A stretch of DNA of 64,000 nucleotides from a virus. The notes below the pieces were generated by a model, which worked only from the letters and a program-made list of their open reading frames with translations, had not been told where the DNA came from and made no database searches. Of this stretch, positions 31,073 through 41,447 are shown piece after piece (position 1 is the first letter of the stretch; each line of letters begins with the position of its first letter). The position numbers and the translations under genes are program-made. The stretch lies in the IMG/VR virus record IMGVR_UViG_3300045988_129956, positions 16,545-80,544 of that record. One strand, written 5' to 3'.

Positions 31073-31210
31073 TCAATAATAATCGGTATATATCACACGT
31101 TCACCATTTAAAGGAGATAGATCATATATAACCCATCCGTCATTAACCTGATTATCATCATGCGAACATGATGATAACACAAGTGCCATCAATAAAACAA
31201 AATACCTCAT
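31073..31210 (-). CDS. small lipoprotein candidate (45 aa), not in ORF track
   Basis: MRYFVLLMALVLSSCSHDDNQ... has a signal peptide plus lipobox (LSSC). It sits directly upstream of the PanA-like gene. Confidence 0.3.
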   Translation of the reverse strand: MRYFVLLMALVLSSCSHDDNQVNDGWVIYDLSPLNGERVIYTDYY

Positions 31211-31217
31211 ATTATTT

Positions 31218-31409
31218 TCAGCATAAAAATTTGTAACCTGGTTTTACAGCTTCCGCTTCTTCTCTCGTATCAAACATTAAGGTAGTGACAGCTCCTATTC
31301 CTTCACAAACGTAAGACACTTCCACCCACCACCTAAAAATCCCAGAGCCGTAATCATCATAGTACGGCTCAGAAAGAACTTCTTTCACGTACCCATCCAA
31401 ATAATTCAC
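31218..31409 (-). CDS. hypothetical small protein (63 aa)
   Basis: ORF coupled to the upstream gene. Confidence 0.35.
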   Translation of the reverse strand: MNYLDGYVKEVLSEPYYDDYGSGIFRWWVEVSYVCEGIGAVTTLMFDTREEAEAVKPGYKFLC

Positions 31410-32122
31410 GATCGTTCCTCCTTGTTTTTAGATTCTGCCTCTTCGAGTATGCTGATCACCTTGTCAACAATATCCGAATCAGACATTTTCTCAATAAAAA
31501 CATCCATTGCCTTAGTTATGTCATTGGCTTCTTTTTCTTCAAGAGCTATTTCTCCACCGGTAATAGCATCAGATAATGATGTAGATAAGTGTCTTATCTT
31601 ATCAATGCTCATAAACGTAAATGGATTACCACCTTGACCACCACCCATTTCTTTCATAATCTGATATCCACCTGAAATAAGTCTGCCGGATGTCAGAGCC
31701 AAGGAAGACACGATGAGGGACAGTACCGCCGCTTCCGTCCGCTCCTCGGACACGCCCTTCGACCACACGGCTGCCTTTATAGAGCCGGCCAGGTTGTCTA
31801 TGTATGGCATGAGGCAGTCTTCCATTACCTGTGTTATATCAGCTATAACCTCACTACGCTCTTTATTTATGTAGTAGATAGAAGCATTGTACCTCTTTAT
31901 CTCTTTGTCCATATCATTTAAAAGACGCTTGATATTGTGCTTATACATAGGACTGGTTTTAATTACTTCCTTTAGCTTAAGAATGTAATTATAAGCCTGG
32001 TCGTTTACAAATAATGTCATGGTCTCAACCGTCGAATGAAGCGTGTTAAGACTGTTAAGAATCTTATCGAAATTGTTTATCAAATAAGCCTTCCTGGCTT
32101 TTGCTGCGTAGTTAATCATCAC
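31406..32122 (-). CDS. hypothetical protein (238 aa)
   Basis: ORF; stop and start overlap with neighbours. Confidence 0.5.
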   Translation of the reverse strand: MMINYAAKARKAYLINNFDKILNSLNTLHSTVETMTLFVNDQAYNYILKLKEVIKTSPMYKHNIKRLLNDMDKEIKRYNASIYYINKERSEVIADITQVMEDCLMPYIDNLAGSIKAAVWSKGVSEERTEAAVLSLIVSSLALTSGRLISGGYQIMKEMGGGQGGNPFTFMSIDKIRHLSTSLSDAITGGEIALEEKEANDITKAMDVFIEKMSDSDIVDKVISILEEAESKNKEERS

Positions 32123-32642
32123 ATTCGAATTTTAGATTTTCAAGTTCATTCAATTGTTTCTTAATTGACTCGATCAGGTGCGTTCTCCGTTCCTCCGCAT
32201 GTTTTAAAGCTTCTTCTTTGCTCTCAAAAGCATCCCTTCCTATTTCATAAGAAGTGATCCTATCAGGAATGTCGGCTAACAAAAGACCACCATACTCTTC
32301 TATTTTAGCTTTTACTTTTCTTATTACACCGTCTCTCATGCACGCATCTGTAATCCATATAAACCTATCACATTCTTCTAATTCCCTTTCGTGCAATTCA
32401 TACCATTCCGGCTTAGGAAATCTTAATGTGAATCTAATTTCGGTATCTTTCTCTAAGATATTAATATCATACGCCTCCGGCCACAGCTCTTTTATGCTGT
32501 CTTCATCTTCAGCATACGCCACCAATACAAATGAATTACTGGATTCTGCACTACACCAATATGGATATTCCATAGGCCATTTGACTGGACGGTAGTCGTT
32601 ACCGCAGTCGGATTTTTTAATGTAAAATCTTGCTCTAATCAT
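32112..32642 (-). CDS. hypothetical protein (176 aa)
   Basis: ORF. Confidence 0.5.
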   Translation of the reverse strand: MIRARFYIKKSDCGNDYRPVKWPMEYPYWCSAESSNSFVLVAYAEDEDSIKELWPEAYDINILEKDTEIRFTLRFPKPEWYELHERELEECDRFIWITDACMRDGVIRKVKAKIEEYGGLLLADIPDRITSYEIGRDAFESKEEALKHAEERRTHLIESIKKQLNELENLKFECDD

Positions 32643-32649
32643 ATCGTTA

Positions 32650-32961
32650 TTAATCTAATAATTTTTCTATTTTAATTGATTTTGATGATAGATACATATT
32701 CCATGTTCCTCTGCCTCTGTCACCTTTTTCGTTTTGTTTTTGGATTATCAAGTACAGATCTCCGTCTTCACATACTTCAACTTTTTTCAAGAAGCCTATC
32801 ATTTCATCTCCTGCTTCGTGTAAAATACGGATCTTATCTCCTTCTTTTAACCCATAATTGGAATCAAAATATTCTTTTTTGATTCTATCAATATTGTCTT
32901 TATGGTTTTTTATAGCATAAAGCTCTTTTCTTAATAAATAATTTAGTTGTTCTGTTGTCAT
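32650..32961 (-). CDS. hypothetical protein (103 aa)
   Basis: ORF. Confidence 0.45.
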   Translation of the reverse strand: MTTEQLNYLLRKELYAIKNHKDNIDRIKKEYFDSNYGLKEGDKIRILHEAGDEMIGFLKKVEVCEDGDLYLIIQKQNEKGDRGRGTWNMYLSSKSIKIEKLLD

Positions 32962-33524
32962 TTCTTTTCCTCCTTATTTAATGGTATCAACCCTTTTCCA
33001 TGCTTGTCATACCACAGCATAGCTATGCAGTTCCATGCACATTGTGCAAGATGAAAACATCCTGTATCGGAATCCACTCTTTCTCCTTTCATGTATTCCA
33101 TCAGGTGTCGAAACATTGCAGCTCGATACCGCTCAAATCCGTTGTCAAGATTCTGCCAATTATTAGACCCATATTTTTTGGCTCCGGCATGATAGACTTT
33201 TACAATGTCCTCAATTTCTTCCATCGGAAGCAAATCCCATCGTAGTTTGTCGTCAATGATGTCATTTTTCACTGATTTTATTGAAGTACTTTTTTCTGGA
33301 TCTCCTACACGAATAAGTTCCATAATGTCTGTTTCTATAATAATTGCGTCTCCATTGTAATAAACTTCAGCAAACTTGTCATTTTCTTTTATGTTTGTTG
33401 CTGAAGTCACTAAAGATCCTTTGTATATTATAGTGTTTTTATCTATCTTATCATCTTTCAGTGTTTGAAAAATAGATCCTTTTGGATAAAGGATGTTTTT
33501 AGTATTATTGTCCATTTTTTCCAT
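32958..33524 (-). CDS. hypothetical protein; C-terminal motif reminiscent of phage dNTP pyrophosphohydrolase-associated domains (unverified)
   Basis: ERYRAAMFRHLMEY...GCFHLAQCAWNCIAMLWY helix pair. Confidence 0.45.
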   Translation of the reverse strand: MEKMDNNTKNILYPKGSIFQTLKDDKIDKNTIIYKGSLVTSATNIKENDKFAEVYYNGDAIIIETDIMELIRVGDPEKSTSIKSVKNDIIDDKLRWDLLPMEEIEDIVKVYHAGAKKYGSNNWQNLDNGFERYRAAMFRHLMEYMKGERVDSDTGCFHLAQCAWNCIAMLWYDKHGKGLIPLNKEEKK

Positions 33525-33568
33525 CGTTTTATCGTTGTTTTAATCAATTAGTATAATGATATAGTCCA

Positions 33569-33916
33569 TTATTTTTCTTCTTCGCCTATAAAGCGATCAA
33601 ATTCTTCTCCGCTCATAACAATGCGGTTAATGATAATTATGCCGTTATTGCTATAATCATCATCTTTAACTCCCATATCATCAAGCTCCTTCTTTAATTC
33701 TTCAAATGTGGGACCTGTCTTGCCTTTAAAAAATAAAGTAGCATGTACAACCTTTCCGTTGTTTAGTTTTACTCTCACGGTATAGACATATCCTTTTTCC
33801 TCTTCATCCTTTTTGTTGACACCATCAAGGATGCTATTTATCATGTTCTTATCCTCACGTGATAGGTTAGATATGGCTATTCTGCCCTTCAACCTAAATA
33901 TTTCGTTTTCGTTCAT
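33569..33916 (-). CDS. hypothetical protein (115 aa)
   Basis: ORF. Confidence 0.45.
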   Translation of the reverse strand: MNENEIFRLKGRIAISNLSREDKNMINSILDGVNKKDEEEKGYVYTVRVKLNNGKVVHATLFFKGKTGPTFEELKKELDDMGVKDDDYSNNGIIIINRIVMSGEEFDRFIGEEEK

Positions 33917-34200
33917 GACTTTCTGTTTTTATTGTTTTCAAAATATTGTCTTACAGCTTCTATAGCCTTATCATCATCAAAAGCCTCTTCAAACTCCGTA
34001 TAGAACCTATCTCGTTCCATGCAGAACGTGTTTTTCCCTTCTGGTATAGGACGGAATACAACCACCCTCTCTTCAGCGTGATTGGTTCCTATTATGTTAT
34101 TATCTAAGACAATAGAATACCTTTTTGAACTTTTGTTGATAACAACATCATGCTGAAGACCATACAATTTAAGTATTTCCCTTAATTCACTTGTTTCCAT
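33913..34200 (-). CDS. hypothetical protein (95 aa)
   Basis: ORF, coupled. Confidence 0.45.
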   Translation of the reverse strand: METSELREILKLYGLQHDVVINKSSKRYSIVLDNNIIGTNHAEERVVVFRPIPEGKNTFCMERDRFYTEFEEAFDDDKAIEAVRQYFENNKNRKS

Positions 34201-34204
34201 TATT

Positions 34205-34996
34205 TTAAGATTTTATATTTTTAGAAGACACTGCTCCCGATCCCCACTTTTTCTTATATATAGTCCCCATCATGTTTATTAAATCGGAAAAAGAAGATAT
34301 GGTTCCCATTTCTATACAAAATGCAAGATTGGATTGAAGCATTTCAAGTTCTTTTAACTGCTCTTGAGTTGCTCTGTTTCTTATCATGCTCTCATGTTCG
34401 TTAAAAACGATCCAATTGAGGCCTTTAGCCATTCTTGTATAATCTGCATCAGGAAATCTTGATATAGCCCTTGATAGGACATTATATTTATCTCCTGCCT
34501 CTATCCTATTTAAAATAAGTTTGTCCGTCAACCATGTTACTACTTCAGCATACAGCATAGGGTTAAGCTCCATAGCTACAAGAACCCATATATAAGGATT
34601 GCACATCGTTCTCCTATTCTCTCCTCTTCCCATAGTTTTATAAGCCCCCATCTTTTTCATCACTTTTATAAGTGATTCTTTTTCAACAGATTGGATAAAA
34701 CCAGGAAATCCTGCTTCTATTGTATATCCTTGTTTTTCAAGGATATAGTATATTCGTTCAGCACTTTCTTTGTTGGACAGAATGTTTTCTATTCTCTTTT
34801 CATTCCATCCCATTTCTATCCTTTTTCTCGTATAAGCCTCTTGTAAGTCTGTTAAGGACATAAATGATGTTTTGGTATCTTGTTTAATTATAACACCAAA
34901 CAGTTCCCGATCTTTCGATACCATTGTAACATTTGTTTTCATGAAATATAACACTAAAAAAAATATCATGATGCAAATATATACATCATGATACAT
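34205..34996 (-). CDS. hypothetical protein, possibly KilA-N-like N-terminal DNA-binding domain
   Basis: FGVIIKQDTKTSFMSLTDLQEAY resembles KilA-N. The start is uncertain (internal ATGs at 34942 and 34924). Confidence 0.45.
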   Translation of the reverse strand: MYHDVYICIMIFFLVLYFMKTNVTMVSKDRELFGVIIKQDTKTSFMSLTDLQEAYTRKRIEMGWNEKRIENILSNKESAERIYYILEKQGYTIEAGFPGFIQSVEKESLIKVMKKMGAYKTMGRGENRRTMCNPYIWVLVAMELNPMLYAEVVTWLTDKLILNRIEAGDKYNVLSRAISRFPDADYTRMAKGLNWIVFNEHESMIRNRATQEQLKELEMLQSNLAFCIEMGTISSFSDLINMMGTIYKKKWGSGAVSSKNIKS

Positions 34997-35044
34997 TAAT
35001 AAAAGATTATAGTGTTAAATTTTACTTATAGTGTTTTTATGGAC

Positions 35045-35401
35045 TCACATTATTTCTTCTAAATTTACTTTTATAGAACCATTTATGGTTTTGATGTTCC
35101 CATCTATGGTTGAAATCACATCATCTAAATCGTTTATAATGCCTTCCATGTCATCAACCACCTCTTCCATATCAGTTACAGCTTGATCTGATTCCCAATA
35201 TTTTTCTGAGTCTTGTAACGATTCCGGTATATTATCTCTCGCCTCAGTCTCTTCATCTAAAATCATATCAACATCATCCTTGGCTGAATTTATGTTGTAC
35301 TTCAACTCCGATAACTTTGATTTGATGTATTCAAAATCTGTTTTATACTTATTTACGTTTTTGATAACATCCGATATTTTTTTTCTTCTCTTGTTGTTCA
35401 T
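35045..35401 (-). CDS. acidic coiled-coil hypothetical protein
   Basis: ORF; D/E-rich. Confidence 0.45.
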   Translation of the reverse strand: MNNKRRKKISDVIKNVNKYKTDFEYIKSKLSELKYNINSAKDDVDMILDEETEARDNIPESLQDSEKYWESDQAVTDMEEVVDDMEGIINDLDDVISTIDGNIKTINGSIKVNLEEIM

Positions 35402-36822
35402 GCCTTTATCCTATTATAATATTCGATAATCTTTTCTTTCCTATCTCCCGGTTTTACTGCCATATTCTCAGCCAAGAACCTAAAATACGACACCGGTATG
35501 TCCTTGAATCTAATTCCCTCATATTTTCCAAACCACATTATTATGCTGTCAAGATCGTCCTCTCTCCTACCATCTCCATTCACAGATTTAAGCGAGGCTG
35601 CCCGACGAAGGATCTCGTCTTTGGTAATAATATCACCCATCCTTATATTGGACAGAAGTTGATCGCCGGCAAACATACACCATCCCTTAGAAGGGAATTG
35701 TTCGATTGTCAGGTCTTCTATCCGACCGAAACGCCTCATGTTGTCGCAGCAATCAACTATCAGCGCCTCTTTCTTGTCAGGATGGATGCGGACGGCGCGG
35801 CCTAATATTTGGTAATAAGTTGAATATGAGAAAGTTGGTCGCCCAAACATCACACAATCAAGTTCAGGAAAATCAAATCCGGTAGCAAGCGTTGAATAAT
35901 TAAAAACTACCTTCAACTTGCCTTCTTTGAAATCGGATATGATTTGCTCTCTTTTCTTTTTGGTTGTTAGCGATGTTACGACGCCTGTTATAGCTCCCAT
36001 CCTGGCATTCATGAACTCTGATATTCTATTGCATGATTCGATAGAATCCATGCAAACCAAAATGGCTTTACGCTCGTTCATAAGCTGAAGAAGGCGCTTG
36101 TAGATAGAGTTGTTTAAGCCGTTTCGTACAATACTTTCTTTAATAGATTCGTTGGTGTATTCGGCTCCGGTACTGTTTAACATCAGAGCCGATTCATCAA
36201 ACGACCATCGTTCGTACTTAAGTGGACACCAAAACCCTTGAGAAGTTAATTCTTGTATTTGAGTTACATGAACTATTTTCTTGAAGAAGTTATGCTCGTC
36301 TTTCGTCAGCATATTGAGCTTGCTGTAGTTTCCTTCCAGCATGGAGCTGTAGGTCCGGAGGCGGCAGGGAGTGGCGGTGAAGCCCAGCACCTTCGCCTCT
36401 GGAAACCCGTTCATAAACTCCATAAATTCAGAACCTTCTTCAGGAGAATACCCGCTATGCGCCTCATCTATCAATAATGTGTCTATCCCTATATCTTTCA
36501 ACCTTGCTACGTCTTTCTTTATGCTTTTAAGTGTAGCATAAGTCATAGCCGATAACTCTTTTTTTTTACATGAAGCAGAGTATATGGTTGGCTCAGAACC
36601 GAATGATACGGCCTTCGCATAATTCTGCTCCAGAATCTCTTTAGATGGCTGTAATACAAGGATGGGTCTTTTTAATTCATGAGCTATCTTGCTAATTATC
36701 AAAGACTTCCCCGCTGCACACGGCAAGACTTCTATGCCAGGCTTCTTAGATCTTCCTGTAAGAAACTTAAGCCCGGCATCTACTGCTTCTTTTTGGTAAG
36801 GTCTAAGTTCAAAGCCCATCAC
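35398..36822 (-). CDS. SF2 (DEAD/DEAH-box-like) helicase
   Basis: Motif I PCAAGKS. Motif II LIDEAHS. Motif III GFTATP. C-terminal helicase domain motifs (ATGFDFPE, QILGRAVR). Confidence 0.8.
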   Translation of the reverse strand: MMGFELRPYQKEAVDAGLKFLTGRSKKPGIEVLPCAAGKSLIISKIAHELKRPILVLQPSKEILEQNYAKAVSFGSEPTIYSASCKKKELSAMTYATLKSIKKDVARLKDIGIDTLLIDEAHSGYSPEEGSEFMEFMNGFPEAKVLGFTATPCRLRTYSSMLEGNYSKLNMLTKDEHNFFKKIVHVTQIQELTSQGFWCPLKYERWSFDESALMLNSTGAEYTNESIKESIVRNGLNNSIYKRLLQLMNERKAILVCMDSIESCNRISEFMNARMGAITGVVTSLTTKKKREQIISDFKEGKLKVVFNYSTLATGFDFPELDCVMFGRPTFSYSTYYQILGRAVRIHPDKKEALIVDCCDNMRRFGRIEDLTIEQFPSKGWCMFAGDQLLSNIRMGDIITKDEILRRAASLKSVNGDGRREDDLDSIIMWFGKYEGIRFKDIPVSYFRFLAENMAVKPGDRKEKIIEYYNRIKA

Positions 36823-37195
36823 AATCTATTATATTATTTTTTGAAAGTTCTATTATCGCCTCTTTCAACATCTCCCTTGCCTTATTCTCATTATCTTCAA
36901 ACAGGCATACACTGCATGTAGCACCTTTGGAGGGGTAGTCTCTGTAGGCTTCTGCTCTTTCTACAACGTACTCACAACAATAGTCGTGACTCATATCTTT
37001 TGCTATACTTATGAAATGATCTTCTCCATCCATCAACACGCAATATTCAGCATCGTTTTCGCATGCAATAACACCTTTGTTTTTTAAAATGGATAGTACT
37101 TTATTTCCAAAAATTCCAATATAGACCCATATATCTTTCCCTGCATTTTTGTAAAAAATATCCATTCCTTCTTTGATTGTGACTTTCTTTTCCAT
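36809..37195 (-). CDS. hypothetical protein (128 aa)
   Basis: ORF. Confidence 0.45.
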   Translation of the reverse strand: MEKKVTIKEGMDIFYKNAGKDIWVYIGIFGNKVLSILKNKGVIACENDAEYCVLMDGEDHFISIAKDMSHDYCCEYVVERAEAYRDYPSKGATCSVCLFEDNENKAREMLKEAIIELSKNNIIDCDGL

Positions 37196-37201
37196 AATCT
37201 C

Positions 37202-37525
37202 TTATTTTATATCAGTAATTAAAACATATATTTTAGCAATATCTTCAAGACTCACAGAAGAACGTATATATAGTTTTTCTTCGTACTCATATAGAGCGTA
37301 CTCTTCTTTTATGTCTAATATCTTAATCACATGCTTGCCTCTTTCAAATGGATCCTCAAAGTAGTTCTTATGTTCGTATCTTTGACCTACTTTGATTTTG
37401 TCAGTTTTCTTCTTCATCTTATAACGATCTACTGCTCTACCTGTTTTTATGAAAGCTGTCGTGAGTAAGTATAATAAAACCAAATACAAAAGGATCGCTA
37501 CTCCACATATTAGATCTTCTTTCAT
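37202..37525 (-). CDS. small membrane protein, hypothetical
   Basis: ATG 37525 (MKEDL) sits 6 nt after AAGGAG. TM segment ICGVAILLYLVLLYLLTTAF. The track ORF starts upstream at 37552. Confidence 0.45.
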   Translation of the reverse strand: MKEDLICGVAILLYLVLLYLLTTAFIKTGRAVDRYKMKKKTDKIKVGQRYEHKNYFEDPFERGKHVIKILDIKEEYALYEYEEKLYIRSSVSLEDIAKIYVLITDIK

Positions 37526-37695
37526 TACACTCCTTTTAAATAGTTGAACCATATATCCTCCAGCTTCTCCTGAAGCTCAAACGCTTTCTTGAAATTCCCG
37601 CATCGTACAGCAACGTCTCTCATGTATGTCAAGTTTATAACTTCCGGATCTTGCCGGTATTTTGTTCTTAACTTTTGAACATCATCGTATTTCAT
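37525..37695 (-). CDS. small ORF (56 aa), not in track
   Basis: MKYDDVQKLRTKYRQDPEV... Its ATG overlaps the nuclease stop (ATGA) and its TAA overlaps the next ATG. Confidence 0.3.
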   Translation of the reverse strand: MKYDDVQKLRTKYRQDPEVINLTYMRDVAVRCGNFKKAFELQEKLEDIWFNYLKGV

Positions 37696-38711
37696 CGTTT
37701 TATCTTTTTAGACGGATCCCAATCCGAAGAGAAAGGGCATTCGTTTTTGTTATGTAATCCAAAGTCACAATAATAACACAGTGCTGACGGGCAGGGTTGT
37801 TTGTTTTGCGGAACAGGCTGGCTTAGGGTGGCACGCCGCTTGCTATACCTGGCTCCTTCTGCTCCCTGGATGTACGCTTGAAATGATTTTACACTATTAT
37901 CTTCAAAATCATACATTTTAGACAAAGTGTCATTTAGCATCTCTATAGATTTTGTTTTACGTTCCTCATCCACCTTAACCTTTTGGTACTGCCTGGTCCT
38001 GGTAAAGAAATAGATGTTCATATCTGGCAGAACTCCACCATATTTTCTATAGATGTAAAATGAATATATAGGATGCTGTAAATTTGTTTCCAACTTCTTA
38101 GAATCAAAAACCTTATTACCTGATTTCCAATCTATGACATAATGGTGAACTACGTTCTTGCTTTTTATAGCCAGATGAAGGTCTACCGATCCTACTATGT
38201 ACACATGAGTATGAATTACTCCATTTATGTTAACAGGCTTAGGAAGACGGTACGGTAGCACAAAATCCTCTTCGACCCCTATTATGGCACCGTGTCTGAT
38301 GAGTTTCTCACAGGGATTAAGATCACTATCAGCTATCATAAACCTATTCCCGTCTTTTTTAAATAGATCTACAATCCAAGCAAGAAGCTCTCCAGATTGC
38401 TTCATGGCTATCATCATATTTTCCGGTGATTGCCAAGGTATGTCTTCTTGGTAAGCATAGTAACTTATAGCTTCTCCAAGGTCTTTACCAGAAGGCTGTC
38501 TTCCGTTCTTAAAAAAGTATTCCAGTGTCTTATGGATAACCGTACCATAAGACGTAGCTTCTTGTTTTTCCGTAGACCTTTTGCCCTCTACGTAAGTCTT
38601 ATACCATTTCATTGGACAGGTAAGAAACGTATCTATCTGGGAATAAGATATGGCAAGACGTTTTACACCATTAAACTCCTTATATAGCAAATGCGTTTCC
38701 GGGACCATCAT
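37692..38711 (-). CDS. PD-(D/E)xK nuclease, RecB/Cas4-like, with C-terminal Cys cluster
   Basis: N-terminal Cys (TCPMKW). Motif III VIDWKSG. C-terminus CPSALCYYC...ECPF. Confidence 0.7.
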   Translation of the reverse strand: MMVPETHLLYKEFNGVKRLAISYSQIDTFLTCPMKWYKTYVEGKRSTEKQEATSYGTVIHKTLEYFFKNGRQPSGKDLGEAISYYAYQEDIPWQSPENMMIAMKQSGELLAWIVDLFKKDGNRFMIADSDLNPCEKLIRHGAIIGVEEDFVLPYRLPKPVNINGVIHTHVYIVGSVDLHLAIKSKNVVHHYVIDWKSGNKVFDSKKLETNLQHPIYSFYIYRKYGGVLPDMNIYFFTRTRQYQKVKVDEERKTKSIEMLNDTLSKMYDFEDNSVKSFQAYIQGAEGARYSKRRATLSQPVPQNKQPCPSALCYYCDFGLHNKNECPFSSDWDPSKKIKR

Positions 38712-39067
38712 AAGTCATTGTCTTTAAATCCTTCCGGGTAATATACGACATACTTCTTACCGTCTTCTGGTGTCATGGCAAACTGCATGTAGTTATTACG
38801 ATTACGATGCTTGCCATCTAATCCTCGCTTCCAATACAGAATCCCATCTATATCCACATAAGACCGTCCGCGTTCGGCTCTAACTACGTCCGTGTGTAGC
38901 AGATACCCGTCGGAAGACACGATCCACACTTTATCCCCTTTGTTTAAATAAGATATTCTTTTTCTTACAACAACCTTTTTCTTATTATCTAATGCAAATT
39001 CCTCATCGGTCATACTCTTCATCCTCCTCTTCTTCTGTTTCAAAATCAATTCCATAACACTGATCAT
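38708..39067 (-). CDS. hypothetical protein (119 aa)
   Basis: ORF. Confidence 0.45.
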   Translation of the reverse strand: MISVMELILKQKKRRMKSMTDEEFALDNKKKVVVRKRISYLNKGDKVWIVSSDGYLLHTDVVRAERGRSYVDIDGILYWKRGLDGKHRNRNNYMQFAMTPEDGKKYVVYYPEGFKDNDL

Positions 39068-39219
39068 AATGCTTGGTCAGTTCTTCTGGTTCTAAATCTT
39101 GTCCAAAATCCATGTTAAAAATATCGTAATTAGTAAAGCACTGTTCCTGCCGGCAGGAAATCTATGAATGCTGCTTTTATTTCTTCAATTAGGCCCAAGT
39201 GTAACCTTGGCCATTGTAT

Positions 39220-40920
39220 TTATTTTTTGTCATCTCCCTTTAACTTCTTTAAAGTATCTGCAATCGGAAGCTGATCAATGACTCCCAATGCCGGAGCGAC
39301 GGTCTTAACAACATTGTTAAGGAAATTACCGGTACTGTTCTGACCGCCGTCAAATACCGTGATATTTCCGAGGTTAATGTGCTCAAATGCCTTAACCTGT
39401 TCTCCGGCAATTTCTTTCCACTGATTAACCATCTTGTACTGGATGGCGATCTGAGGATTGGATTCTGCTGCTTCCACCATAGCCTTAAATCCGTCGGCTT
39501 CTGCCATTAACGACTTTTTCTTACCTTCGGCTTCTGCCTCCAGCTTCATCTGAATAGCTTTTGCCTCTGCCTCAGCTTTTGCCAAATGTGCTGCTGCCTC
39601 AGCCTCAGCCCGGCGTTTGATCTTCTCGGCCTCGGCATCAGCTTGCAAGATAGCCTCTTCCTTCTGGGTTTCAGCCGGCACAATCTTTTCAGCCTTAAGC
39701 GCAGCCTGAACTTTCTTAGCCTTAGCTTCTTCCACTTCTTTGTCGGCAAGCTCTTTTGCTGTTTTTACAGCCGCTTCCGATTTAACTTTTTCTTCTCCGG
39801 CCTTCTTCTCTGATTGAGCTTTGATAATCTGTAGTTCTGATACTGACACAGCAACCTCCTTCTGGGCATTGTTGTATCCTATAGACGCATTTTTCTCAGC
39901 CTCAGCCTTCTTAATCTGAGCTTCAGAGTCTTGTATTGCTATAGCTGCTTCCTTGTCAGCTTCAGCCTTATTCTTTCCGACTTCTTCCATCCTTTCAGCC
40001 TCGGCTTTATTTACTTCAAGTTCTGCCTTAGATCTTACGATCGCCGATTCCTTGTCGGTTAAAGTTTTTGCGATAACCGCAGCCCTGTCTCTATCTGCTT
40101 GAGCTACACCAATCTGTTTTTCTTTATCGGTTAAAGCCAAAGCTATTTCTTTTTCTTTCTTCGTTTCAGCTACTATTGTTTCCTTTTCTTTTTCAGTACA
40201 AGCAATTTGAATCTCTTGTTCTTTTTTGGTATTAGCCACAGCCGTTTCTTTCTCCTTCTGCTGTACAGCAATCTTAATAGCCCCCAGCTTCTCCTGTTCT
40301 TCGATATTAGCCTGTGCTTCGTTCAGAGCCCTACTTTCAGCCTCCTTACCAAGGTTCATAATATAACCGGCTTCGTCTCTAATGTCACTGATGTTGATGT
40401 TCAGGAGGTAAAGACCTAACTTGTTAAGCTCGTTATCAATGTTCTTTCTTGCCTTATCCAAAAACTCATCCCTGTCAGAATTAAGTTTTTCGATTGTCAT
40501 TTCAGCAATAATCAAACGCATCTGACCGTAAACGATGTCCGTAATAAGATTTTCAGTAGATTCGGTATCCATTCCCAAAAGTCTTTCTGCCGCATTTTGC
40601 ATGATCTCTGGATTTGTACTGATAGCTACTGTAATAGTCGTAGGAACATCTACTCTAATATTCTGAGATGACAAAGCACCGGTAAGCTTGCAATCTATTT
40701 GCATAGGCTCCATTGACAAAACATCATAGCTTTGAATAATAGGCAAGACAAATGCCGCTCCACCATGATATAATTTCGCCGATTTCTTTTCCCCACCTGT
40801 CTTACCATAAACGACCAAGACCTGATTAGGCTTACATCTACGATACCTTGATAAGACTCCGATGATTGTCAAAATAATCACTACAGCTAAGATAGCTGAC
40901 ACGTACATGATTGTTGTCAT
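39220..40920 (-). CDS. SPFH / band-7 (flotillin-like) domain protein with long EA-rich coiled coil
   Basis: N-terminal TM. SPFH core (VVYGKTGG...AFVLPIIQSYDVLSMEPMQID...TENLITDIVYGQMRLIIAEMTIE). The KAEAE-repeat coiled coil is typical of flotillins. Confidence 0.8.
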   Translation of the reverse strand: MTTIMYVSAILAVVIILTIIGVLSRYRRCKPNQVLVVYGKTGGEKKSAKLYHGGAAFVLPIIQSYDVLSMEPMQIDCKLTGALSSQNIRVDVPTTITVAISTNPEIMQNAAERLLGMDTESTENLITDIVYGQMRLIIAEMTIEKLNSDRDEFLDKARKNIDNELNKLGLYLLNINISDIRDEAGYIMNLGKEAESRALNEAQANIEEQEKLGAIKIAVQQKEKETAVANTKKEQEIQIACTEKEKETIVAETKKEKEIALALTDKEKQIGVAQADRDRAAVIAKTLTDKESAIVRSKAELEVNKAEAERMEEVGKNKAEADKEAAIAIQDSEAQIKKAEAEKNASIGYNNAQKEVAVSVSELQIIKAQSEKKAGEEKVKSEAAVKTAKELADKEVEEAKAKKVQAALKAEKIVPAETQKEEAILQADAEAEKIKRRAEAEAAAHLAKAEAEAKAIQMKLEAEAEGKKKSLMAEADGFKAMVEAAESNPQIAIQYKMVNQWKEIAGEQVKAFEHINLGNITVFDGGQNSTGNFLNNVVKTVAPALGVIDQLPIADTLKKLKGDDKK

Positions 40921-40952
40921 AACTTTTAAAATTTAATTGTTGATAAAAAAAA

Positions 40953-41447
40953 TTAGATACTTAATTCTCCTTCTTCGTATTTTATATTCACCTTGTCACC
41001 GTTTTTGTAATTTTTTCCAGACAAGCACCTCACTCTCATCTGTTCCTGTCTTCCATTTTTCGAAATATTTACCATATAATGATTCTTACCTGATCTAAAT
41101 ACTATCTCCGCCTCTCTGCCATTTAAATCTTCCGGACATTCGTACACCATTTCTTGTTTTAACTTAAGAAGTAACTTATATACGTAAAACAAAACGATAA
41201 AGAAAAATGACCCTATTACGATCCCTACTAAATGGGAACCCGAAAAGTACGTAGTCCAGCTATATCCAAGAATAAAATGTGTTATGCCTTTGAATGATAT
41301 GATGTCCGACAAAGACATGCTTAAATCAGAAGCGTTATCAATGTCAATATCCGTATCCAGATCAGATCCTAATATCGACAATAAAAACTGTATAACAAAA
41401 GCAAATGACGCTATTAAAGCCATGCATAAAATTATATCATTTCCCAT
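40953..41447 (-). CDS. NfeD-like membrane protein (partner of SPFH proteins)
   Basis: Multiple TM helices, then a C-terminal OB-like beta domain (EAEIVFRSGKNHYMVNI...KVNIKYEEGELSI), as in NfeD/YuaF. Confidence 0.6.
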   Translation of the reverse strand: MGNDIILCMALIASFAFVIQFLLSILGSDLDTDIDIDNASDLSMSLSDIISFKGITHFILGYSWTTYFSGSHLVGIVIGSFFFIVLFYVYKLLLKLKQEMVYECPEDLNGREAEIVFRSGKNHYMVNISKNGRQEQMRVRCLSGKNYKNGDKVNIKYEEGELSI

